Part shown: positions 39,586 through 49,816 of the stretch, piece by piece
How positions within the stretch are numbered: the first letter of the stretch is position 1
Layout: the number at the start of each line of letters is the position of its first letter
Program-made: the position numbers and the translations under genes
Notes under the pieces: model-generated
The model's database searches: none
What the model was told of the DNA's origin: nothing
What the model saw: the letters and a program-made list of their open reading frames with translations, nothing else
Source: Alphaproteobacteria bacterium
GTDB taxonomy: Bacteria; Pseudomonadota; Alphaproteobacteria; UBA7887
DNA: 64,000 bases
Assembly: GCA_965200095.1 (NCBI GenBank)
Contig: OZ241350.1
Span: forward strand, 2,763,761 to 2,827,760
Direction: 5' to 3'

Positions 39586-40416
39586 CTACAGGCGCGCGAG
39601 GTTCGTGACCAGGTTGTAGACGAACCAGCCGTCGCCGGTGATGAATTTCTGCGGCTTCGCGCTCGCCGCCTCGCGCTGGACGCCGATCCCGTCGCTGTAG
39701 GGTTCGAAGGCGACGATACGGTCGTAGCGGATGCGGAAGCCCGTCTTCGGCCCCGAGAAATACAGGTGCTTCGTCGTGGCGCCGAGCAATCCGGCATCGA
39801 CGCTGACGGTCTCCGTCGTCTGTATGCGCTCGCCCCTGAACCCGCCGGTGCGGTAATACAAGCCGCGCGCGACACGGATACTCACGCCCCGGGACCCGCC
39901 CCGGTAGTGCGTCCGCGTCTTGTCCTCGAGATATTCGGTATTCTCGAAGACCCACACCAGGCGTTCGGACTTCTGAAAGTTGAAGGGGAGGCGGCCGGCG
40001 ACGTTCGCCCGCTCGGGGATCTCCCCGTTGAGGACATCGCGCAACGCCGCGCCTTCGGCCATCCGGGTCCAGGCGCCGTTGCCGTCCAGCTCCTCCGGGG
40101 ACAGACGGAAGCGCTTCGCCAGCCCGGCGAGCGTCCGCTCCTCGTCCGCCGACAGGACGCCATCGGCGAAAGCGTGCTCCACGGCGCGCTCCCAGCCGGC
40201 GACGACGGCCTTGCGGAGCGCCGGCGCGTCGAGGCGGCCGTTTTTCGCGGCGGCGTCGATCTCCGTCCTGAGCTCTTCCGCCCCGGACGCGCGCCGGCCT
40301 GCGCCGGCGACCCGGTCGACGATTCCGGCAAACGCCCTGTCATGCGCCTCGCGACAGCCGCGATGGCTCGAACGCAGAAACCCCGCGGACTTCCCGCAAT
40401 AGGCGCAGACTCCCAT
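39586..40416 (-). CDS. Hypothetical protein: N-terminal Zn-finger-like motif, helical middle, beta-rich PH-like C-terminus
   Basis: CAYCG..H..C..H; AFADGVLSADEE; YRGGSRGVSIRVARGLYYRTGGFRG..DAGLLGATTKHLYF. Confidence 0.65.
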   Translation of the reverse strand: MGVCAYCGKSAGFLRSSHRGCREAHDRAFAGIVDRVAGAGRRASGAEELRTEIDAAAKNGRLDAPALRKAVVAGWERAVEHAFADGVLSADEERTLAGLAKRFRLSPEELDGNGAWTRMAEGAALRDVLNGEIPERANVAGRLPFNFQKSERLVWVFENTEYLEDKTRTHYRGGSRGVSIRVARGLYYRTGGFRGERIQTTETVSVDAGLLGATTKHLYFSGPKTGFRIRYDRIVAFEPYSDGIGVQREAASAKPQKFITGDGWFVYNLVTNLARL

Positions 40417-40419
40417 CGC

Positions 40420-40698
40420 TCACGCCCCGCCGGCCTCTTCCGGCGTTTGCGCGGTCAGCGACAGCGCGTGCAGGCCGGCGGCGAACTCGTCGGCGAGCAG
40501 CGCGTTGATGCGCCGCTGACGCTCGACGCGCGAAAGCCCTTCGAAGGCGCGCGCGACGACGGCGACGCGGAAGTGGCTTTCGCCGCCCTCGGGCGCGCCG
40601 GCATGGCCCGCGTGCAAGCGCGACTCGTCGACGATTTCCAGCCGTTCGGGGGCCAGGCCGGCGACCAGTTTCTCGCGTATCCGCGCGGCGACGCTCAT
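40420..40698 (-). CDS. bolA: BolA family protein
   Basis: LEIVDESRLHAGHAG..GESHFRVAVVARAFEGLSRVERQRRINALLADE..LHALSL. Confidence 0.93.
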   Translation of the reverse strand: MSVAARIREKLVAGLAPERLEIVDESRLHAGHAGAPEGGESHFRVAVVARAFEGLSRVERQRRINALLADEFAAGLHALSLTAQTPEEAGGA

Positions 40699-40829
40699 AG
40701 GCCCTTCCTTGCCCGGCCCGGCGTGCTTGTCAACCGCGGGCGGACCGGCGCCATACCTTATGGGGAATACAATCTGGGAGAGAGTTATATGACAGTAAGT
40801 TTGGGAGAATCTTCGCAAGATTACATTTA

Positions 40830-41573
40830 GAGACCTCTGCATAACCGTTTCTCTTGCAACGCGATTGCGTTCCTGCGCTTTTACGACGCCTGCGAATCCG
40901 CTATCGAATTAAAACAATGCGTGACGAATTGCGAAAACCCACTTCCTCTCCCTCATTCCCGCGAAGGAGCGTGTGAGGAATCGAAAAGCCCTACTATTCT
41001 TCGTCATTCCCGCGAAAGCGGGAATCTGTTGCGGCGGTTCCGTAATAAAAACGGGCCGGTATTACGGGGTGGCCGCCTCCGGATTCCCGCTTTCGCGGGA
41101 ATGACGAATTATTATTGGCGAATTGTTGTCTTTTGCGCCGCCGAATTCCTCGGCACGGTGGGAGACTGCAACCCTCCGATAATACTTCCTCATTCCCGCG
41201 AAAGCGGGAATCTGTTGCGGCGTTCCCGTAAGAAAAACCGGGCCGACATTGCGGACGACCGCCTCCGGATTCCCGCTTTCGCGGGAATGACGAAGTATTA
41301 TTCGATGGGTATTGTCTTTTACAATGCCGTTACTTCGGAGAACCGGCTGTCATGATCGGAGACGCCCGATTTCTTCACACGCTCTTTCGCGGGAATGACG
41401 AGGTAGTGGGCGGGGTTATTTGATCCTTTCATACGTTACTTGACGGCAATGCCGCCGAGAGTCTGAGCCTGCCGATTTCTTCACATGCTCCTTCGCCGAA
41501 CGAATCTGTCCGAACAGGCAAGCGTCGAGCCGTGACCGGACCCCGAAAAATTCGGACCTTATGCAGATGTCTC
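40830..41573. mobile_element. ~744-bp non-autonomous MITE-like element containing a dRS3/NIME-like palindrome array
   Basis: Terminal IRs GAGACCTCTGCATAA (40830) / TTATGCAGATGTCTC (ending 41573), one mismatch; no transposase. Full palindromes at 41006, 41083, 41192, 41269; end motifs at 40967 (+), 41384 and 41490 (-). Confidence 0.75.
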
Positions 41574-41624
41574 ACTTACAAACTCATTGCCGCGATCATC
41601 GAGCGCCGTTAGGATTCGTTCGCC

Positions 41625-42227
41625 ATGATCTCGCAGGACGCGATCTTCACCGTCGGCCACTCGAATCATGCCCCGGATGTTTTCCTGGGGCTGTTGAGGC
41701 GACACGGAATTTCGGCGGTGGCCGATGTGCGCTCCGCGCCGTTCAGCCGGCGGTTTCCCCAATTCGACAAGCCGGCGCTCTCCCGGTCCCTGAAAGACGC
41801 GGAGATCGGCTACGTGTTTATGGGAAAGGCGCTGGGCGCGCGGCCCGACGACCCGTCATGCTATGCGGGCGGCCGCGTGAGTTACCGGCGGCTGGCGGCG
41901 CGACCGGCCTTTCTCGACGGCGTCGCGCGGCTGAAGAAAGGCGCGCGCGATCATCGTATCGCCCTGATGTGCGCCGAACGGGAGCCGCTGGACTGTCACC
42001 GGACGATCCTCGTGGCCCGTGCGCTCGATCTCGAGGGGATAGCGGTCGCGCACATTCATGCCGACGGCCGGCTGGAGCCGCACGGGGAGGCGACCGATCG
42101 CCTGTTCGACCTCGTGGGCGTGCCGCGCGAGGACATGTTCCTCGGCCGGCGCGAACTGGCGGCGATGGCGTTTTCCCGGCAGGAAGCGCGTATCGCCCGC
42201 CGCAACCGCGAAAAGGTCGCCGCGTGA
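41625..42227 (+). CDS. DUF488-family protein
   Basis: IFTVGHSNH, VADVRSAPFSRRFPQF, LMCAEREPLDCHR. Confidence 0.85.
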   Translation: MISQDAIFTVGHSNHAPDVFLGLLRRHGISAVADVRSAPFSRRFPQFDKPALSRSLKDAEIGYVFMGKALGARPDDPSCYAGGRVSYRRLAARPAFLDGVARLKKGARDHRIALMCAEREPLDCHRTILVARALDLEGIAVAHIHADGRLEPHGEATDRLFDLVGVPREDMFLGRRELAAMAFSRQEARIARRNREKVAA

Positions 42228-42228
42228 C

Positions 42229-42702
42229 ATGACCGCGAATCCGAATCGCCCGGCGGACGCCGGCCCGGTGTTCACCATCGGGTTCACCAGGAAGAGCGCG
42301 CAGCGCTTCTTCACCCTGCTGCGCGACAACGGCGTGAAGCGGGTGGTCGATGTGCGTCTCTCCAACGTCTCCCAGCTCGCGGGGTTTGCGAAACGCGCCG
42401 ACCTGGAATGGTTTCTCGGCGAGATCGCCGGAATCGGCTACGAGCACATGCCGGACCTCGCGCCGACGCGCGAGATGCTCGACGGCTACCGCAAGAAACA
42501 CCGCGACTGGAGGCTTTACGAGAAGCAGTTCCTCGACCTCATGCGCGAACGTCGTATCGAGGAGAAGGAAGGGTTGCAGGAATCGCTGGCCGGCGCCTGC
42601 CTGCTGTGCAGCGAAGACAAGCCGCACCATTGCCATCGCCGGCTGGTGGCGGAATATCTCGGCGAACACTGGGGCGGAATTAACGTCTCCCACCTCGGTT
42701 GA
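42229..42702 (+). CDS. Second DUF488-family protein
   Basis: VFTIGFTRKSAQRFF, VVDVRLSNVSQLAGFAK, LAPTREML, CLLCSEDKPHHCHRRLVAEYL. Confidence 0.85.
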   Translation: MTANPNRPADAGPVFTIGFTRKSAQRFFTLLRDNGVKRVVDVRLSNVSQLAGFAKRADLEWFLGEIAGIGYEHMPDLAPTREMLDGYRKKHRDWRLYEKQFLDLMRERRIEEKEGLQESLAGACLLCSEDKPHHCHRRLVAEYLGEHWGGINVSHLG

Positions 42703-42713
42703 GCGCGGCGCTT

Positions 42714-44741
42714 TCACGCAGAGTCCGGCGCGGGGTCGAAATCGACCAGGCTTTCGCCCTCGTCGACCCAGTCTCCCACGGCGAACTTCACCCGCGCGAC
42801 GCGCCCGTCGGACGGCGCGGCGACGGTGTGCTCCATCTTCATCGCCTCTACCGTCAGCAGGGGCGCGCCGCGCGCGACCCGCGCGCCGTTGTCGCACCAC
42901 ACGCGCACGATGCGTCCCGGCATGGGCGCGGTCAGCCGGCCGCCCGACTCCTCGACCGCCTCCGCTGCGGCGAGCGGCTGCTCGAACTCGAGCGCCCATG
43001 CCGACCCGTGTATCGCGACCGAGAACAGCGCGCGGCCCGGCGCGCCGTCGCGGCGCGCCACCGACGCCGTGAAGGAAACCTCGCCGGCGCGTATGCGCAG
43101 ACGGCCGTCGTCCGAAAACGCGCCGGAGACCGCCATGTCGCCGCCGGGCAGGCCCATTACGGTTTCGCCATCGTCGCCCGGCCGCAGCGCGACGGCGCGC
43201 GTCTCGCCGTCCTCGACGAAGCGGAGCGTCTCTTCGGGCGCGGCGTTGAGACGCCATCCGTCGGCGACCGCCCAGGGCGAATGGGGCGCTCCCGCCGCCG
43301 CGGCGGCGCGGCGCGCCTCGCGCCGCCGGTCGAGGAGCACGAACAGCGCGGCGGCGGCGAGGGCCGTGTCGGGCGCCGGCGCCGGGGCGGAAAGCAGATC
43401 GGCGCGGTGCGCTGCGACGAAGCCGGTGTCGAACCGACCCGAGACGAAGGCCGGGTGGCGGATCGCGGCGCGCAGCCAGTCGAGGTTCGTCGCCGGCCCC
43501 GCCAGTTCGACCCCGTCGAGCGCAAGCGCGAGCCGGCGCAACGCGGACTCCCTGTCCGCGCCGTGGGCGATCGCCTTGACGAGCAATGAATCGTAATGGG
43601 GCGTCACCATGTCGCCTTCGACCGCCCCGCTGTCGAAGCGCAGATGCGCCGACCCGGGCGGAAGACGGAAACGCGCGAGCCGCCCGGTCGCGGGAAGAAA
43701 GTCGCGCGCCGGGTCTTCGGCGCACAGCCGCGCCTCGATGGCGTGACCGCGAAGGACGATGGAGTCCTGCGCGAGGGGCAGGGGCTCGCCGGCGGCGATG
43801 CGCAATTGCCATTCCACGAGGTCCACGCCGGTAACCGCCTCGGTGACCGGATGCTCGACCTGGAGGCGCGCGTTCATCTCCATGAAGTAGAAGCGGTCGT
43901 TGTCGTCGAGAAGGAACTCGACGGTGCCGGCGCCGACATAACCGGCGGCGAGGGCCCCGCGCACGGCGGCGTCGCCGAGCGCGGCGCGCAATTCAGGTCC
44001 CACGGCGGGCGAGGGCGCTTCCTCCAGCGTTTTCTGGTAGCGACGCTGGACGGAACAGTCCCGTTCGAACAAATGCACGGCGGCGCCATGCGTATCGGCG
44101 CATATCTGCACTTCGACGTGCCGCGCGCGCGGCAGGAGTTTCTCGATCATCACGCGGTCGTCGCCGAACGCCGCCAGGGCCTCGCGCCGGGCGGCGGCGA
44201 GCGCTTCGCCGATGTCGATTTCGCGCTCGACGACCCTCATGCCGCGTCCGCCGCCGCCGGCGACCGCCTTGACCAGCACCGGAAAGCCCAGCATCCGCGC
44301 CTGCGTCGCGATGGCGCGCAGGTCGTGCGTGTCGGGGCGCCACCCGCGGAGGACGGGCACGCCCGCCTCCTCCATCAGGCGCTTGGCGGAGTCCTTTTCG
44401 CCCATCGCCCGGATCGCCTCCGGCGGCGGTCCGACGAAGACCAGTCCGGCGCGGGCGCACTCCTCCGCGAAACCGGCGTTCTCGGCGAGAAATCCGTAAC
44501 CGGGATGAACCGCCTCGGCGCCGCTGCGAAGCGCTGCCCCGATGATCGCCTCGCCGCGCAGATAGCTGTCCGCGGGCGCCGCGCCGCCGATGGCGAAGGC
44601 CTCGTCGGCAAGCCGGACGTGACGGGCGTCGGCGTCGGCGTCGGAATGGACCGCGACGGCGCCCACGCCCATGCGTCGCGCCGTCCGCACAATACGGCAG
44701 GCGATCTCGCCGCGATTGGCGACAAGGATGCGTCCGAACAC
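42714..44741 (-). CDS. liuD: 3-methylcrotonyl-CoA carboxylase alpha subunit (biotin carboxylase + carrier)
   Basis: ILVANRGEIACR, HPGYGFLAEN, ERDCSVQRRYQK, EMNARLQVEHPVTE, biotinylation site EAMKME; in liu operon. Confidence 0.88.
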   Translation of the reverse strand: MFGRILVANRGEIACRIVRTARRMGVGAVAVHSDADADARHVRLADEAFAIGGAAPADSYLRGEAIIGAALRSGAEAVHPGYGFLAENAGFAEECARAGLVFVGPPPEAIRAMGEKDSAKRLMEEAGVPVLRGWRPDTHDLRAIATQARMLGFPVLVKAVAGGGGRGMRVVEREIDIGEALAAARREALAAFGDDRVMIEKLLPRARHVEVQICADTHGAAVHLFERDCSVQRRYQKTLEEAPSPAVGPELRAALGDAAVRGALAAGYVGAGTVEFLLDDNDRFYFMEMNARLQVEHPVTEAVTGVDLVEWQLRIAAGEPLPLAQDSIVLRGHAIEARLCAEDPARDFLPATGRLARFRLPPGSAHLRFDSGAVEGDMVTPHYDSLLVKAIAHGADRESALRRLALALDGVELAGPATNLDWLRAAIRHPAFVSGRFDTGFVAAHRADLLSAPAPAPDTALAAAALFVLLDRRREARRAAAAAGAPHSPWAVADGWRLNAAPEETLRFVEDGETRAVALRPGDDGETVMGLPGGDMAVSGAFSDDGRLRIRAGEVSFTASVARRDGAPGRALFSVAIHGSAWALEFEQPLAAAEAVEESGGRLTAPMPGRIVRVWCDNGARVARGAPLLTVEAMKMEHTVAAPSDGRVARVKFAVGDWVDEGESLVDFDPAPDSA

Positions 44742-44766
44742 CGCGCGCTCCGCCGACGCCGCGCCG

Positions 44767-45564
44767 TCAGCCCGTCGCCCAGTCGGGGCGGCGCTTCCCG
44801 AGAAACGCGGCGACGCCCTCGCGCCCTTCCGCGCCGGCGCGGCTGTCGGCGATGCGCCGGGCGGTGTCTTCCACGAGCGCATCGTCGATCGCGCGATGCG
44901 CGACACGGGCGACCAGTTCCCCAGCGGCGGCCATCGCCTGCGGCCCGTTCGCCGCGAGAGCGGCGACGATGCGCTCCCCCGCCGCCTCCAGCCCGTCGGC
45001 GGGCGCAACCTCGTGGACGAGGCCGATGCGGCGCGCTTCCGCGGCGTCGAAGCGTTCGCCGGTGAGGAAGTAACGCCGCGCCTGGCGCGGGCCGATGGCG
45101 TCCACGACGTAAGGCGAGACGACCGCCGGGATCAGCCCGAGCCGCACTTCGGAAAAGCTGAACACGGCGCTTTCGGCGGCAATAGCGATGTCGCAACAGG
45201 CGACCAGCCCCGCGCCGCCGCCGAAGGCGGCGCCGTGGACGAGGCCGACGACCGGTTTCGACAGGCGGGCGACGCGGCGCAGCATGTTGCCGAGCGCCCG
45301 CGCGTCGGCGAGGTTCGCCTCGCGGTCGTTTTCGGCCATGCGCTTCATCCATGCGAGATCGGCGCCCGCCGAGAAGCCCTTGCCGGCGCCGGACAGCACC
45401 ACGGCGCGGGCGCCGGAGTCGTCCTCGAGGGCGGCGAAGGCGCGGTCGAGCGCCGCGACGGCCGCATCGTCGAAAGCGTTGCGCACCTGCGGGCGGTTCA
45501 GGGTCACGCGCACGACGCCGTCGGCGCAGCGCGAAACGACGACGGGAGTCTCTCGGTCGTTCAT
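44767..45564 (-). CDS. liuC: Methylglutaconyl-CoA hydratase (enoyl-CoA hydratase family)
   Basis: LNRPQVRNAF, FSAGADLAWM, GAAFGGGAGLVACCD, FSEVRLGLIPA; between mcc beta and alpha. Confidence 0.87.
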   Translation of the reverse strand: MNDRETPVVVSRCADGVVRVTLNRPQVRNAFDDAAVAALDRAFAALEDDSGARAVVLSGAGKGFSAGADLAWMKRMAENDREANLADARALGNMLRRVARLSKPVVGLVHGAAFGGGAGLVACCDIAIAAESAVFSFSEVRLGLIPAVVSPYVVDAIGPRQARRYFLTGERFDAAEARRIGLVHEVAPADGLEAAGERIVAALAANGPQAMAAAGELVARVAHRAIDDALVEDTARRIADSRAGAEGREGVAAFLGKRRPDWATG

Positions 45565-45582
45565 GATCGGGGGCCCTGCCGA

Positions 45583-47187
45583 TTACATGCGGAAGACGCC
45601 GAAACGCGGCTCGGGAATCGGCGCGTTGAGCGCCGCCGAGAGGCCGAGGCCGAGCACGCGGCGGGTGTCCGCCGGGTCGATGACCCCGTCGTCCCAGAGG
45701 CGCGCGCTGGCGTAGCCGGGGTGTCCCTGGCGTTCGTATTGTTCGAGGACGGGTTGCCGGAACGCTTCTTCTTCCGCCGCGGTCCACGTCTCGCCGCGCG
45801 CTTCCAGGCCGTCGCGGCGGACGGTGGCCAGCACCGTCGCCGCCTGCTCGCCGCCCATGACCGAGATGCGCGCGTTGGGCCACATCCACAGGAAGCGGGG
45901 GCCGAAGGCGCGTCCGCACATGCCGTAATTCCCGGCGCCGAACGACCCGCCGACGATGACCGTGAGTTTCGGCGTCTGGGCGCAGGCGACCGCGGCGACC
46001 ATCTTCGCGCCGTCGCGGGCGATGCCGCCGGCCTCGTATTTCCGCCCGACCATGAAGCCGGCGATGTTTTGCAGGAAGATCAACGGAGTCCGCCGCTGGC
46101 AGCACAGTTCGATGAAATGCGTCGCCTTGAGCGCCGACTCGGAGAACAGGATGCCGTTATTGGCGACGATGCCGACGCGATGGCCCCAGAGGCGGGCGAA
46201 GCCGCACACCAGAGTCTCGCCGTAGAGCTGCTTGAACTCGTCGAAGTCGCTGCCGTCCACCAGGCGCGCGACGATCTCCCGGGCGTCGAAGGGCTGGCGC
46301 ATGTCTTCGGGGATCAGCCCGTAAAGCTCCTCCGCCGGGTAGAGCGGCTCCACCGGTTCGGCCGTGTCCGCCGGCCGCGCGGGAGGGCCGAGATGGGCGA
46401 CGATGCGGCGGGCGATGGCGAGGGCATGGGCGTCGTCGCGCGCCGAGTGGTCGACGACGCCCGACACCCGCGCATGGACATCGGCGCCGCCGAGCTCTTC
46501 CGCCGAAACCCGTTCGCCGGTGGCGGCGCGGACCAGCGGCGGGCCGCCGAGGAAGATCGTCCCCCGGCCCTGCACGATGATCGCTTCGTCCGACAGGGCC
46601 GGGACGTAGGCGCCGCCTGCGGTGCAACTGCCCATCACCGCGGCGATCTGCGGTATTCCGGCGGCGGAAAGAGTCGCCTGATTGTAGAAGATGCGCCCGA
46701 AATGCTCGCGGTCGGGGAACACTTCGTCCTGGGCCGGGAGGAAGGCGCCGCCGGAGTCGACCAGATAGAGGCAGGGGAGGCGGTTGTCGCGCGCGATCTC
46801 CTGGGCGCGCAGGTGTTTCTTGACGGTCATGGGGAAATAGGTCCCGCCCTTGACCGTCGCATCGTTGGCGACGATGACGCATTCGCGGCCCTCGATGCGG
46901 CCGATCCCGGTGACGATCCCGGCTCCCGGCGCGGCGCCGTCATACATGCCGTGCGCCGCGAGTTGCGACAGTTCGAGGAACGGCGCGCCGGGGTCGCACA
47001 ACAGACGCACACGCTCACGCGCAAGCAGTTTCCCGCGCGCGACATGGCGTTCGCGGGCGCGTTCGCCGCCCCCCTGCGCCGCCTCGGCGACGCGGGCGCG
47101 CAAGTCGGCGACCAGGCCGCGCGTCCGCCCGGCGTTCTCGCGGAACGCGGGAGAGCGCGTATCGAGCGCGCTCTTCAGCACTGTCAT
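45583..47187 (-). CDS. liuB: 3-methylcrotonyl-CoA carboxylase beta subunit
   Basis: [76 protein letters not shown]. Confidence 0.94.
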   Translation of the reverse strand: MTVLKSALDTRSPAFRENAGRTRGLVADLRARVAEAAQGGGERARERHVARGKLLARERVRLLCDPGAPFLELSQLAAHGMYDGAAPGAGIVTGIGRIEGRECVIVANDATVKGGTYFPMTVKKHLRAQEIARDNRLPCLYLVDSGGAFLPAQDEVFPDREHFGRIFYNQATLSAAGIPQIAAVMGSCTAGGAYVPALSDEAIIVQGRGTIFLGGPPLVRAATGERVSAEELGGADVHARVSGVVDHSARDDAHALAIARRIVAHLGPPARPADTAEPVEPLYPAEELYGLIPEDMRQPFDAREIVARLVDGSDFDEFKQLYGETLVCGFARLWGHRVGIVANNGILFSESALKATHFIELCCQRRTPLIFLQNIAGFMVGRKYEAGGIARDGAKMVAAVACAQTPKLTVIVGGSFGAGNYGMCGRAFGPRFLWMWPNARISVMGGEQAATVLATVRRDGLEARGETWTAAEEEAFRQPVLEQYERQGHPGYASARLWDDGVIDPADTRRVLGLGLSAALNAPIPEPRFGVFRM

Positions 47188-47219
47188 CCTTCGGCCCGCC
47201 CGTCTTCGCTGCCCGCGCG

Positions 47220-48536
47220 TCAGGCGGGGGCGCCCGCGAGGCGTTCGGCGAGCGTCGTCGCGACCGTCTCGCGAGGCGCGAGGCTTTGCGACCCGTCGGC
47301 GAGGTCCTTGAGCGCGACCGCGCCGGCGGCGCGTTCGTCGGGCCCCTCGACGACGACGAAGCGGCAGCCGCGCTCGTGGGCGGTCTTGAACTGGCGGCCG
47401 AGCCGGCCGCCGGTGAGGTCGGTTTCGGCGGCGACGCCGACGGCGCGGATCTCGGCGGCGAGGTCGAGCGCGCGCCCCTCCGCCTCGCCGTCCCACACCG
47501 CGACATAGACGCGCGGCTCGCCTTCCGCGCCGTCCGCCTCCAGCAGCGACAGGATGCGCTCGATGCCGAGCGAACCGCCGCACACCGGCACGCGCTCCTT
47601 CACGAACTGCCCGCAAAGGTCGTCGTAACGCCCGCCGCCGGCGATTGACGCGCCGCCGCCCGCGGCGGCGAATTCGAAGATCGGTCCCGTATAGTAGTCG
47701 AGCCCGCGCGCCAGCGTCGGGTCGAAGACGATGCGCGCGCCGCCCGCCAGCCGCGGCGCAGCGCGGCCCAGCACAGCGTCGACCTCGGCGAGTCCGGCGG
47801 CGCCTTCGGCAGAACCGGCGAGGCGGCGGCGGAGTGCGGCGGCAAACTCGCCGCCGCCCATGTCGCGGCGCAAAGCGTCGGCGGCATCCTCGCCGACGCC
47901 GCGCGCGCGCAGCTCCTCCGCGACTCCGTCGACCCCGACCCTGTCGAGCTTGTCGAGCGAGGTCAGCGCGCCTGCGCGCAGCGCGACGGGGACGCCGTAA
48001 GCCTCCATGGCGGCGGCCAGCACGGCCCGGGAATTGAGGCGCACCGTCGCGCCGCGGACTCCGAGCGCGTCCAGCGCCGCCGCCAGGGCGAGCACCACCG
48101 CGACATCGGCGAGCCGCGACTCGGCGCCGAAAATGTCTGCGTCGCATTGGGTGAACTCGCGGAACCGTCCCTTTCCCGGGCGCTCGCCGCGCCACACAGG
48201 GCCGATCTGGTAGCGCTTGAAGACGCGCGGCAACTCGCCGCGGCGGTGGGCGTACACGCGCGCGCCGGGGACGGTGAGGTCGTAGCGCAGGGCGAGGTCG
48301 GCTTCGCCCGTCGCGGCGTGCGGCCCGCGCCTGAGTATTCGGAAGATGAGCTTGTCGCCTTCCTCTCCGTATTTCCCGGCAAGGGTTTCGATACGCTCGA
48401 ACGCCGGCGTGCCGATCGGCTCGAAGCCGTGGAGGGCGAAGGTCCGCGCCACGCGCGCCAGCGCGCGCTCGCGGCGGCGCAACTCGCGCGGCAGGAAGTC
48501 GCGGCTGCCCGAAGGCGGGGCGAGCGGCGGGCTCAA
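47220..48536 (-). CDS. hisS: Histidine--tRNA ligase (eukaryote/Bacteroidetes-like type)
   Basis: [78 protein letters not shown], anticodon-binding tail; TTG start. Confidence 0.92.
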   Translation of the reverse strand: MSPPLAPPSGSRDFLPRELRRRERALARVARTFALHGFEPIGTPAFERIETLAGKYGEEGDKLIFRILRRGPHAATGEADLALRYDLTVPGARVYAHRRGELPRVFKRYQIGPVWRGERPGKGRFREFTQCDADIFGAESRLADVAVVLALAAALDALGVRGATVRLNSRAVLAAAMEAYGVPVALRAGALTSLDKLDRVGVDGVAEELRARGVGEDAADALRRDMGGGEFAAALRRRLAGSAEGAAGLAEVDAVLGRAAPRLAGGARIVFDPTLARGLDYYTGPIFEFAAAGGGASIAGGGRYDDLCGQFVKERVPVCGGSLGIERILSLLEADGAEGEPRVYVAVWDGEAEGRALDLAAEIRAVGVAAETDLTGGRLGRQFKTAHERGCRFVVVEGPDERAAGAVALKDLADGSQSLAPRETVATTLAERLAGAPA

Positions 48537-49816
48537 GACGCCGCCTCCGCGGCCGGTTCGCGCACGACCAGGAGAACCGCGAGGCCGACGGCGATAAAGA
48601 CGAGGATGACCGACATTCCGGCGCGCTGGCTGGCGAAGGCCGCGGTGACCGCGCCGACCAGCCACGGGCCGAGGAACGCGGTCGCTTTCCCCGACAGGGC
48701 GAACAATCCGAACATTTCCGTCCGGATGGCGGCGGGCGCCATGCGCGCCATAAGCGACCGGCTCGCCGCCTGGCTCGGGCCGATGAACACGCCCAGGGCG
48801 AGGCCGAGAACCCAGAACCACACGACATCGTGGACCATGAGAATCGCGGCGCCGAGCGCAAGCAGCGCCCCCAGCGACACGATGAGGGTTTTCTTCGCCC
48901 CTATGAGGTCGTCGATCCAGGCGAAACCGAAGGCGCCGAGGCCGCCCGTCACATTCAGCGCGATGGCGAACAGCAGCACTTCGCCCAGCTCCATGCCGAA
49001 GGTCCCGGCGGCGTAAATCCCGCCGAAGGCGAACAGGGTGTTGAGGCCGTCCGTATAGAGCATCCGCGCCAGCAGGAACCAGGCGATCTGGCGATAGCGC
49101 CGCACCGAGCGCAGGGTGTGCGCCAGCGTCGCCAGGCCCTCGCGGAACGCGGCGCCCAGGGGCTTTCCCGCGCCGGCGAGATCGGGCGTAAAGACGAACA
49201 GCGGCCACGAGAAAAGAACGAACCACCCGGCGACGAGCAACGCTGCCGCGCGCACCGGTTCGGCCTCTTCCGCGTCGAGGCCGAAAGGCGGCGGATCCGC
49301 CTGGATCAGGCCGAAAAGGGCGAGCATGAGACAGGCGAGGCCGCCGGAATAACCGAGCCCCCACGCCCATCCCGACAGGCGGCCGATGCGCGTCGGGCCG
49401 GCGAGATCGGGCAGCATGGCGTTGTAGAACACCATCGCCATCTCGAAACCGAAATTGGCGACCATCACGAGGGCCAGCACCAGCCAGACGTAGCCCGGGT
49501 CCGGTTCGGCGAACCACAGTCCGGCGCAGGCGATAGCCATAAGCGCGGAACATGCGGCGACCCAGGGCTTGCGCCGCCCGCCGGCGTCCGCCGCGGCGCC
49601 GGCTACCGGACCGGCGAGCGCGACGGCGAGCGCGCTGACGGCGAGCGCATACCCCCACAATTCGGTCGCGCGGACTTCGTCGCCGACGACGCCGCGCTGG
49701 AAATAGACCGCGAAGACGAAGGTCACCACGACTGTCGGGAACGGCGAGTTCGCCCAGTCGAAGAGGCACCACGCGGCGACGGCGCGCCGGTCGGCGGGGC
49801 GCGAGAGCGCCGTCAT
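48533..49816 (-). CDS. MFS transporter (UMF1/ATG22-like)
   Basis: [58 protein letters not shown]. Confidence 0.9.
   Translation of the reverse strand: MTALSRPADRRAVAAWCLFDWANSPFPTVVVTFVFAVYFQRGVVGDEVRATELWGYALAVSALAVALAGPVAGAAADAGGRRKPWVAACSALMAIACAGLWFAEPDPGYVWLVLALVMVANFGFEMAMVFYNAMLPDLAGPTRIGRLSGWAWGLGYSGGLACLMLALFGLIQADPPPFGLDAEEAEPVRAAALLVAGWFVLFSWPLFVFTPDLAGAGKPLGAAFREGLATLAHTLRSVRRYRQIAWFLLARMLYTDGLNTLFAFGGIYAAGTFGMELGEVLLFAIALNVTGGLGAFGFAWIDDLIGAKKTLIVSLGALLALGAAILMVHDVVWFWVLGLALGVFIGPSQAASRSLMARMAPAAIRTEMFGLFALSGKATAFLGPWLVGAVTAAFASQRAGMSVILVFIAVGLAVLLVVREPAAEAAS

Noticed and set aside
40830-41573. Palindrome array as a CRISPR array for the I-G system
   Set aside because: Repeats alternate in orientation, spacing is irregular (~56-90 bp), and spacers are homologous to each other and to other clusters instead of unique.
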